Positions 53,001-61,460 of a stretch of 64,000 bases of DNA are shown in pieces. The notes beneath the pieces are model-generated. The model was not told the DNA's origin. It saw only the letters and a list, made by a program, of their open reading frames with translations, and did no database searches. The DNA lies in the NCBI GenBank assembly GCA_905178155.1, contig CAJINV010000012.1:2763765-2827764 (forward strand), written 5' to 3'. Positions within the stretch are counted from its first letter, which is position 1; each line of letters opens with the position of its first letter. The position numbers and the translations under genes are program-made. The stretch is from Amoebophrya sp. A120. Taxonomy: Eukaryota > Protista > Dinoflagellata.

Positions 53001-56000
53001 CGCGTAATCCTTATCAAATGCAAATACGTCTGGGTCGGGAAGAGTGTGTGATTTGTCATGCATCTCGCGGACCACACGCATGGTCTGGCATGCACACAAA
53101 AGCATCGCAAATTATGCGCGGGCTTCCTCATGCCTATTCCGGATGAGAAACTAGCCTTTTGCCTAGCAAGAATTAGGCAGCTTTTGGCGTTCATGCAACA
53201 CAGATTTCTCTGTGCTCGAAACGCAGCATAAGAAGTTCCACCCTTAGAGACCCAGACTTATTTGCATTTGATAATCCTTGTCTGCGAAGCCGGGCCGGGG
53301 GTTGACCGCGGTGATGTACCGCCCCCCCTCAATGGCGTTCTCAAATGTTACATTCTCAACTGTTACATGGAGATGGATTTGTCATGCAAAATGACCATGA
53401 GCCACCAGACAATGAAGCTGCTTCGCATGACAAATTCCCGGAGGGCTAAATAGCACTAGAATCTGCACCAAATCTGTAATGCAAGACGCGCAAGGTTCTC
53501 CCTTCCACCTGTGCTATTCCTGCATTACAAATTCATGTAACAGTTGAGAATGTAACGTTTGAGAGTCCCATACCCTCAATGCTGAACCTCGGGTCCCCCC
53601 GGGCGGCCCGGCTTATCAAATGTAAAAATGTCTGGGTCTGGAAGAACGGAACTTGTAATGCTGTCTGCGGATTCTAAAAATATCTGTGTTGCATGAGCAG
53701 CAAGAGGAGTCAGCTCTTGGCGCGCGGAGAGGGCATTTCTCATGCGTAATTAGCATCAAGAAGCTCTCAAAAAATCTGTGATGCTAGCACCAGCATCACA
53801 GGCCTCACGGGTCATGCAAAATGTGCATGAAAAGTCCCGACTCTGACATTTTTGCATTTGCTACGGCTGTTCCAACAACAAAAGGAGTTTGCGCCCGGAT
53901 TGTAGGTGGCGTAGAGAATTTTCGACGCACCCGGGCCGGAGTCGACCGTCCACTCAACCAACAAAGTCGTGGAAGACACGAACACCTCATCGGTTGGCAC
54001 GGAACTGAACCGCTCGAAGGAGCCGAGCCCGATGCCAAGCCCGTCCTTGTCGGGGGAATTCAGGTAGGAAATGTCCAGGTACAGATCCGCCACGTGCACG
54101 GAATGCTCTCGGAGAAGTTGCTGCTGCTGGGCAGTGGTCAGATCCGGTGTGGGCGTAGAACTAGAAGTAGCTGCAGCAGAAGTGGTTAAGCTTGTCGCAT
54201 TTGATGTAGAAGTTGTTCCACTGTCGCTACTTACACTGGTCCCCGTCATGAAGCTTTTCGCAGCCCAGCAGAGTCTGTAGTGCTGGAACGCGAAGTCTTT
54301 GACAAACAAATCCGTCCGACTGCCCGGGACCCCAAGGTCAAAGCGGTTGAAGGGAGACTGATCGACCGGGTTGCGCTGATACACAACGGGGTTCGTGTTG
54401 GGCGTGGTTTCCGGATTGTACTATGCACTGCAACAGTATCGCACTAGTATAAACCAGCCATGCTCCGGCTGCCGCCGGAGCGCAAGGCTGTTGGGCCGGG
54501 GCAAGACTGTTTGCCGATCGGACCACAACCCCACGGGCCTATGCACAACGAAACACACTGCTTTCGTGCCGCCCGTTTGCGCCGCGCCAACCCGCTGGAC
54601 CACTTGCGCGCTTCCCGCGCCTGCGGGCGCTCTGCGCAGGGAGCAGCTGCAAAGAACACCGGGGGCGAACAGAAGCCGCCCGGCGGGAGAGGGTAGCGCG
54701 AGAGGGTGGCGCGAGAGGGTAGCGCGAGAGGGTGGCGCGAAAGGGTGGCGCGAGAGGGTGGCGCGAGAGGGTGGCGCGAGAGGGTGCGCGAGAGGTTGGC
54801 GGGGACAGGCGCCGAACAAAACAAGTCCGCGAATGGCCTGCAATGCCAAATATGGGCAGTACCATGCGGATTCGCGCCCGCCACTTTGTGTTTTTACCCT
54901 CTCGCAGACCTCTCGCAGACCCTCTCTTTTACCTCTTTTGGGGGTCCCCGCTAATAATCCGGCTATACTCGCGGGCAGAGGTCGACAGAGGTGGCCGAGA
55001 GGTGGCCAAGAGGGTCCGCGAGAGGTCGCCCCTTATTCGCGCCACCTCTCTCGACCNNNNNNNNNNNNNNNNNNNNNNNNNNNNNNNNNNNNNNNNNNNN
55101 NNNGGCTATACTCGCGCACCCTCTCGCCGACCCTCTCGAAAGGGGTCCCGCGCCACCTCTCCACCTCTGTCGACCTCTTTTTTACCTCTTTTGACCTCTT
55201 TTTGACCTCTCGGCCACCTCTTGTTTACCCTCTGTCTACCTCTTTTTTCGCATGAATATAATATATAGTAATTGCATATACAAATTTTCCCAAGAACAAA
55301 AATAAAATTTGTCATTCTATTTCAGGTAGAAAGTTGGATTTGTCATGCATATCTGCAATTAGTACGAGTGCGATACTTTTGCACAGGATATGTACCAGTT
55401 TTTCGCCATAATCACCGCATTCGCGTCTCCACAGCTGTGCGCGTCGTCGATGATCAGTAAAGAGTTTTCGCTGCTCAGCCCGTAGTAGTGCAAAATTTCG
55501 AAGAAGCACGGCAACCCGATTTTGCAATTCACAATCGGCGCCGGCGTGGACGCGAAGGGCCCCTGCATCGCAAGTACCCCGAGTGTGGTCGAGTACTCTG
55601 CTAAATCAGTAAGAGTAGTTGCACCACTATAATCGGCACTAGCCGAACTCATCTCTTCCGTCCCACTAGCCCAGCACAGCGGGAAGCTCCCTCCGATATG
55701 CCCCTTTTCCGCGATGCCGAGTTTGTAAAAGGTCGTGTTGTATCAAATGCAAATATGTCTGGGTCTGGAACGAAGCGGACAAGTTTGTCATGCACATTTT
55801 CCATGATTTGTGATGTCTGTGATGCATGCCTTAGCATCACAGTTTTTTTGAGCGCTTACCGATGCGCATCCCGCATGACAAATGCCCTGCTCTCCGCGTA
55901 GCCAAATTTGACTCCCCTTGCTGCTCAGGCAATACAGATTTTTTCAGTATCCAAATGCAGCATCAGAAGTTTGGCTCTTTCAGACCCAGATATATTTGCT

Positions 56001-59000
56001 ATGCATATGTTCAAATCCGTTTGGTTCTCAAAAGCGAATTCCTCCAAGGCGAGCTGGGCTGCGGTTTATCAAATGTAAAAATGTCTGGGTCTGGAAACTT
56101 GTGATGCTGTGTGGCATTTATGAGGAGGCCACAATTGCTGGCGCAGCATGACAAGTTTCTGAGCTTCTAGGTGTTGCCTATTCTGCATGACAAACTACGT
56201 TTCTGCATGACAGAAAAGTGGGGCTCTTTGGTAATGTGCATGACAGATTTAAGAGTCATGCCAGACAAGCATGACAAACTTGCATCCTCCAGACCCAGAC
56301 ATTTTTACATTTGATACGGTTAGAGGAACAGAAATTCCTGTTTGGTTGGACAGAAATAAATCGTCGTCCTCACTCGACGCCAAGGCCGCCACCGGTCGCA
56401 GCGGGTAGGCGTTGATATTTGCGCCCGGCCAGATGATGAGGTGCGAAGCATTCACGTCGGCCGCCCCGCAGGTTTGTCCGTCTTGCAGGATGATAATTTT
56501 GTTCAAAGACGAGAGCTTTTCCCCGGTCACCGTAAATTGGCAGTTTTCCGTGAGCGTGCAGGTGACATTCACCATGCTCGGCCCTCCGAGGTACTCTTCT
56601 ACTACAGAGGGGAAAAAAACATCGTCGATCTTCTGCGTGAACACCGGCAACTTCGTCTCCGTCGTTCTTTGATCCACTACACTGTTTGATGCCGTCGAGG
56701 ATACGAGGAAAGAAGAAGTTGTTGTTCCAGCAGCGAGTTTCACGATCCCAAAAAAGGCGAAAAAGGTCGCGTTGGAGCTTGTGCTGTTCAACACCGTCTG
56801 GATGCTGGTGTGGTTCGCGATTTGTATCGACACGCTTTCTATCAAATGCAAATATGTCTGGGTCTGGAAAGTTGTGATGCATGTCAGTGAATAGAAAGCG
56901 CACTGTAATGCACTGCCAAGCATGGCAGACTTGTTTTCCGTGGCTCCGTATTGCGTATTCCGCATGACAAACAGCGTTTTTGCATGACAGACTAGAGGGC
57001 CTCTTGCTGGCTACGCAATACAGAGCTCAGTGTAATGCCAGAATAGCATGACAGATCTCGCATTCTTCCAGACCCAGACATATTTGCAATCCATACTTTC
57101 GTCAAATAAATTTTTCACCCCGGTTGCTACGCCGATCTGCAGTCTGCTTGCCGTGCAATTCTCGAGATTCGTTGCCCCTCTCTCGTAGTCAGTAGCGCAG
57201 GCTTCCGTGATCGCGTACAGGTTGAATTCCAAGGCGGAAACTTCCGGCTCTACCGCTGGGTTGATGATTTTAAGACTCACAACATCAGAAGTAGACGACA
57301 CTGCATAATCATCATTATTATCGTCGAACGCGAAGTCAACTGTTCCGGCGATTTCTCCGTAACCTGTGTCGGTGTCGAGAAAAGTGAAATTCTTCACCTC
57401 ACCCAGAAGTTTTCGATCCGCTAGGTCAACTCCTGTGTCGACAATCTGCTCCGTTGCATCAGTTTGGTTCGTCGTTAGTACCCAGACGCGAAACATGTTC
57501 GAAGTTGTACTTCTAGAGGCTCCCGAAGCAGGAGGAGGAGTTCCCGGTACAACGACTGTGTTTTCTGGAATGGCGAAAGAAAACAGTTCTAAATCCGTGG
57601 TTCCATTCACCGACTGGGTCACCATTCCCGTGCTCTCATTGTTCGAGATGTTCTTCACGAAGTACGGATCACCCACGTCGCTGGCAGTACTGTTCGCCGG
57701 GAGGAAATAGAAACTGTAGGTCAATGAACTGCCCGCCGTCGTGGTGCCTGTCGTTTCCAACACTGCAGTTTGAAAGGTGAAATTCCCCCCTACTTCGCCG
57801 TTATCGGGGTCAAAGTCGGTGAAACTGATCGTGGTGGGATCGACCTGGCCAGGGTCCAAGGGTGATGTTGATGTTGTACTACTGGATTGCTGCAACTCTC
57901 TTCTATTTTTGCCGGCCGCCGCGGCTGTGTCATCATCTGTTCCCCCACCGCTGGGAACATGCCGTCCATCGACGCTTTCCGCTCTCCTCGTTGCTCCTGC
58001 GTAGAGACCTTCTCCGCCAGCTGCGTTCTTTTTTCCATCTGTAGTTCTTGCAGAAGAAGTAGTTCCTTTGCTACTTTTACCATCACCTCTGGCATTTGCT
58101 GCTCTACCTCTTTTCGCTGATGACGAACCTGCATTGATGTTATTCTTGCCTTCTGCTCTCGAATTTTTCTCCGTAGTTTTCCCAGCGAGAGTGCCGGTAG
58201 AGGATGCACTAGAAGTTTCCGCACTCTTCGCGACCCTCCGCTTCTCGGCAGCAGATAGTGATGTTTCCGCTGTAGTTCTTGCACCATCACCAGCGGTGGT
58301 AGTACTGTCCTCTTGTGAAGAAGTTGTACTTCTAGTGATTTTTCCACCTCCCGTCCGCCCCTTTCTAGCAACATCTTCAGTCGCCGGGATGATCGCGGCG
58401 GGCTGCTGCATGTTTTCCTCTCGACCATTCTTTTCCTCCTGCTGCTCATCGATGGTGTTCTTGTTGTCCAACCCCCCTGTTGCTGCAGCCCGGCTGTCTG
58501 AAGATGTGGGTTTATCTTTATTTTTTGTAGTTCTAGTTTCTGGCTTTCCTGCGTCAACACCTCCCGTATTACTGCGCGGCCGGGAGGCGGAGGGCAGTCT
58601 CTCTTCGAGGTCCATCTCGATGCCATTCTTTCGGCGAGTATGATCTGCATTTGGTGGCCCACTTGTTGTAGCTTCTCGACCTCGTCGTCGCTCCTCTTCC
58701 GGCTTTTTCGGAGAATCGTTCTTGTAGAACTCTTCGTCAACGCCGTTCTTTCCTCGGGGGCTCGCTTTGTTTTTACTTTTGGAAGAAACAGATTTCGTTG
58801 CTTGTTCGCCGTTCTTCTTGCTAGAAGATGAAGGTTTTTGGGTTGATGCTGCTCTTGTGCCTTCTTGTCCTTCAATAGCTTCCGCTTCAACCGAATCCGC
58901 TGCAGGTTTGTTGTTCCTTCCGGTCGTGCCTCCCGCCGGCGCACCTTTAACTTTTTCTTCCGCGAAAACAAAATCGTCGCCCTGCTTCGCGCTAGCTTTT

Positions 59001-59404
59001 TCCTTGCTTGACGCTTTAATATTGTCGGTCCTTTGCTTGTTTGTAGTTCTTGTGGTTGTCGTGGTTCTTTCCTGTAGCTGCTCTTCTTGCTGCAGATCTT
59101 GTCCTGCTCCACTTGCGCCTTTTTGGCCTGTGGAAGTAGTAGATTTAGATGGTGAGGACAATGTCTCGGTTTTTCCTTTGTTCCGACTGCTCCGGCCTGA
59201 GCGTCCTGACGAGCTGCCTGCTCCGGGTCCTGTGCTCCCTGCTCCGTCATCCTTTTTGGTATTGAGCGAGAACTGGTCGTCATCGCGGCCCTTCTTCCTC
59301 TTCCCGCTCTTGCCCCCTGCGACGAAGAAGAGCTGCTCCGGGTTCGTGTTGTGTAAGGTAATGTAGTTGACATGTCCCCACAGTAGGACGGTTCGGAGGA
59401 ACAT
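23068..59404 (-). CDS. Giant (~7,500 aa) extracellular protein with >=24 Cys-containing repeats, interrupted by 37 introners in this span and several GT-AG introns
   Basis: Successive minus-strand ORFs join in frame once element plus one TSD is removed (e.g. GGMG|SSTT, EEY|QNKT, QTLL|QLAH, DKTS|LPGY); recurring GP..CxLGxxCxIxLxG and YxLCW motifs. Both ends are uncertain (GTAAG donor at 23071; possible upstream exons to ~60140), and one junction near 52800 is unresolved. Confidence 0.8.
24308..24546. mobile_element. Introner, family E (TIR TATGGCGTTCTCAAAYGTTACATTCTCAACTGTTACATG)
   Basis: TSD GGGCT. Confidence 0.92.
25477..25716. mobile_element. Introner, family E
   Basis: TSD CGAGT. Confidence 0.92.
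25793..26001. mobile_element. Introner, family F (TIR TATCG....GAAAAAA.TGTT.CA.T)
   Basis: TSD GGTGG. Confidence 0.9.
26364..26626. mobile_element. Introner, family C
   Basis: TSD GAGAG; 9-bp duplication inside the left TIR. Confidence 0.9.
26879..27142. mobile_element. Introner, family C
   Basis: TSD CGTCG/CTTCG; left end TGT variant. Confidence 0.88.
27781..27944 (-). other. Canonical GT-AG intron (giant gene)
   Basis: TAG|GTATG ... ATCAG|GC joins TLG|ITE. Confidence 0.75.
28752..29069. mobile_element. Introner, family C, with internal (ATGGT)5 expansion
   Basis: TSD TAAAA. Confidence 0.9.
30421..30686. mobile_element. Introner, family C
   Basis: TSD GGTAC. Confidence 0.92.
33170..33848. 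repeat. GC-rich tandem array, ~114-121 bp unit x5 plus partial copies
   Basis: Recurring GGCCGAACGGGTTCGG..TGTGCTTCGCAGATCACCGCCAGCGC; inverted copy at ~32481-32575. Confidence 0.9.
35329..35929. repeat. ~600-bp imperfect palindrome (foldback)
   Basis: Arms TTTAGCAGAGTTATTCTGACTACCCGG / CCGGGTAGTCAGAATAGCTCTGCTAAA; centre TGCTCATTGTCCCC-GCATT-GGGGACAATGAGCA. Confidence 0.88.
37608..37765. mobile_element. Introner, family B
   Basis: TSD TACAC/AAGAC (2 mismatches); frame restored. Confidence 0.82.
38217..38427. mobile_element. Introner, family F
   Basis: TSD ACTTC/ACTCC. Confidence 0.85.
38877..39029. mobile_element. Introner, family B
   Basis: TSD CGCAA. Confidence 0.9.
39090..39374. mobile_element. 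Introner, family D (TIR TATCCTGAGTAAAAACGTCCCCAC)
   Basis: TSD GTCAT. Confidence 0.92.
41765..41910. mobile_element. Introner, family B
   Basis: TSD GTGAC. Confidence 0.9.
42243..42503. mobile_element. Introner, family C
   Basis: TSD TCCGT. Confidence 0.9.
42690..42909. mobile_element. Introner, family A
   Basis: TSD CGGCC. Confidence 0.92.
42984..43135. mobile_element. Introner, family B
   Basis: TSD CGGGC. Confidence 0.9.
43291..43440. mobile_element. Introner, family B
   Basis: TSD CGACT. Confidence 0.9.
43521..43785. mobile_element. Introner, family C
   Basis: TSD TGGAA. Confidence 0.9.
43839..44054. mobile_element. Introner, family F
   Basis: TSD TCGCA. Confidence 0.9.
45547..45698. 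mobile_element. Introner, family B
   Basis: TSD TTCGC; removal gives CQLGA|NCTL. Confidence 0.92.
46449..46608. mobile_element. Introner, family B
   Basis: TSD GCATC. Confidence 0.88.
46833..47120. mobile_element. Introner, family D
   Basis: TSD AAGGG/ACGGG. Confidence 0.88.
47267..47543. mobile_element. Introner, family C
   Basis: TSD CGTTG/CTTTG. Confidence 0.88.
48090..48298. mobile_element. Introner, family F
   Basis: TSD GATAA; removal gives RCII|GRECI. Confidence 0.9.
48378..48474 (-). other. Canonical GT-AG intron (giant gene)
   Basis: GCG|GTATA ... AACAG|T joins PFLR|AGRVDLTGP. Confidence 0.75.
49047..49352. mobile_element. Introner, singleton family H (TIR TATGGAWGTGTCAGRATCGAAATYGACAAAA)
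   Basis: TSD TGGTC; removal gives QPED|QKQL. Confidence 0.9.
49685..49895. mobile_element. Introner, family F
   Basis: TSD TCGTA. Confidence 0.9.
50501..50789. mobile_element. Introner, family D
   Basis: TSD CACCA. Confidence 0.9.
50921..51069. mobile_element. Introner, family B
   Basis: TSD TAAGT/TATGT. Confidence 0.88.
51115..51372. mobile_element. Introner, family C variant (TIR TATG.A.TGCAAATATCCCTGGATGTCTGG)
   Basis: TSD CCTCT/CCCCT; both TIR arms carry the same variant. Confidence 0.88.
52266..52553. mobile_element. Introner, family D
   Basis: TSD GGTCC/AATCC; frame restored (TRD|LP). Confidence 0.82.
53012..53273. mobile_element. Introner, family C
   Basis: TSD ATCCT. Confidence 0.88.
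53331..53572. mobile_element. Introner, family E (opposite orientation to 24308 and 25477)
   Basis: TSD CCCTC; left end AAT variant. Confidence 0.88.
53614..53863. mobile_element. Introner, family C
   Basis: TSD CGGCT; right end CTA variant. Confidence 0.88.
54683..54799. repeat. 13-bp minisatellite GCGCGAGAGGGTG x ~9
   Basis: Read directly. Confidence 0.9.
55057..55103. other. Assembly gap (N run)
   Basis: 47 Ns. Confidence 0.99.
55741..56007. mobile_element. Introner, family C
   Basis: TSD TGTTG/TGTTC. Confidence 0.88.
56067..56316. mobile_element. Introner, family C
   Basis: TSD CGGTT. Confidence 0.92.
56840..57095. mobile_element. Introner, family C
   Basis: TSD CTTTC. Confidence 0.92.
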
Positions 59405-59415
59405 TCTCTGTTCTC

Positions 59416-59703
59416 TGTCCTGAGTAAAAACGTCCCCACAGCACCAGAGTTGTCATGCAAATGCGCAAAGCCAGGAACGTTTGTAATGCGCAGCCCCATG
59501 AGAGAAATTTCTAGTCGCGTTTTGGAATTTGTAAAAATGCTGTAAACAGGATGTGAGAATGACTTTCTCATGCAGCTTATCTTGCCAATCAGCACTACAC
59601 TGCAAAGGGAAAGAACTTGTCATGCACAGCTCCCAAAACTTGGAGGTTTGTGTTGCTAGATTCCCATCTTGACTATGGGGTGGGGACGTTTTTGCTTAGG
59701 ATA
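59416..59703. mobile_element. Introner, family D
   Basis: TSD TTCTC; left end TGT variant preceded by a 7-bp duplication. Confidence 0.85.
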
Positions 59704-59805
59704 TTCTCTTCCATCCGCATCGCAGACTTAGCCCTTTTCCTGCGCCCTCACCAGTAGCAGCACCGGTAGCGGCTGCAAGCTCGTTCCATATTTCCGAACA
59801 AACTG

Positions 59806-59955
59806 TATCCTGTGCAAAAGTATCGTACTCGTAGTAATCGCAGTCATGCATTACAAATCTTCATCCCAAGGTAAAACAGCATGACAAATGCCATTCGTCA
59901 TGCTGAGCTAATTTGTCATGCGATTTATACTAGTAAGATACTTTTGCAGTTCATA
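59806..59955. mobile_element. Introner, family B
   Basis: TSD AACTG/AACTC. Confidence 0.88.
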
Positions 59956-61460
59956 AACTCCTGGCGAAGTAGATTGGCGGGGCAACAAAGCACGAGCAGC
60001 AACTTCTACGAAAGCAACGCTGAGCCGCAGGGAGGTGCTGGTGGTGAATGACGCGAAACGACGAGACAGCAACCAACAGCAACGACCGTCCAATAACGAC
60101 AAGATAGATGTTGTCGTGCTTGAACCGCGACCGCTGTTCTATTTTAATTTTTCGTCTTCTGTTTTTCGAAAAAAAGCACCGGAGACCACGATGATGTGAT
60201 CTCGCAAAAAAAGAGGAACGCAATTATGATTGCGAACGTATTTATATGCTTCTCACCGTCCAGGGTCGTGTTGATCTTCATTTTTTCTAGTGCAGCCATC
60301 AATCTGGAGAATAACTCGTTTCTCTCTTGTGTGTGGGCTCCCTCTTTGTTCGTCCCTCATGTGATTGTGGTCGTTCTTGATCATCCCAAAAGACAAATAA
60401 CACGGAATAAAATCCGTCTACGTGAAAGCAGTCATCCGTATGAAAGCGTGAAGATACCGGCACGTCGACCCGTCTGGGAGCGAGCGACCAAGTCCCCAGC
60501 GACGCCGAGTCACAGAAGGCACAAGGACGAGAAGTTTCTTCTTTTTTATATTGGATTATTCCCTTGGCGAATGTTTATGTTCCGAATCCAATCTGTTGAA
60601 GTCTTGCACGAAGCCGGTGTCTTTACTCGTCCTAGTAATTGCTGCGAATGAGCATCTACTTGCTACAATACAAATCATACTACTGCATTAGGGACTCGAA
60701 GATGACAGATTTCTTTTGGTGATGAAAAAGTTTGTTAGAAGTTTTAATTTTGTGTGAAAAAAGGGACAGACTGGTTTCTTTTCGATGCGGAAGCTAGTAT
60801 ACTGGATAAAAGAAAAAGATCGCGATCTCGTAGGAAGAGGAGTACTTAAGAAGGATCGAAGTATCGTAATAGAAAAACGGGGAAGCAGCGGAGCTGCAGT
60901 CAACATCGTGAAGATGCTGTACATTCTTTACGTATAGTACATAGGACAGGGATTATGTGTGTAGTAGCCAGGATATGGCAGAGGAGGCGACGAAACAAAG
61001 TTCGGACTAGAAGTTTTGATGAAAGTGAGCTCGACGTGGCACCTCGTACTACGTACAAAAATGATTTGTTACGCGATGCTGTACTGTTGGAAAAACAGAT
61101 AACAGGAGGACGTGACAAACTTCGAGACGCACTCTTCGGCTTCAAACTCGCACACACGAGCGCGTGAATACTTTTCGCACGATCGGGTAGCTGGTGTTCT
61201 CTGCTTGCTGTCAAGGCCTGGTGGATTGCTGTCGTTATACTCTGGTTGTTTGTTCGTCATGCCGCAGTGGTCCAAAAACTTCGCCTCACCCTCGGCTCCG
61301 ACGCGGTATCGGTAATTCTAATTCTCCTCGTATAATATAGCAGTCATAATCGACAACTTCGTGTTCGTTGTAGATTGCTTCAAAAGAAGGTGTGCTGGTG
61401 GGGCGCCTGCCTCCTCCTTCTCCTCATTGCGTCTCCGCCTGAGCCGGCACGCACGCGCCG

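Larger units (their letters stand above)
54422..55390. mobile_element. Introner, family B, enlarged by a GC-rich insertion (~54452-55250) that includes an assembly gap
   Basis: TATGCACTGCAACAGTATCGCACT ... AGTGCGATACTTTTGCACAGGATA; TSD TGTAC. Confidence 0.85.

Noticed and set aside
57790-59595. 601-aa overlapping minus-strand ORF
   Set aside because: Begins inside an introner and is an alternative frame of low-complexity coding sequence.
7365-59960. Apparent bias of TSD mismatches to third codon positions (9 of 15)
   Set aside because: About half is expected if one copy is exonic and the other neutral, so this is not evidence that both copies are constrained.
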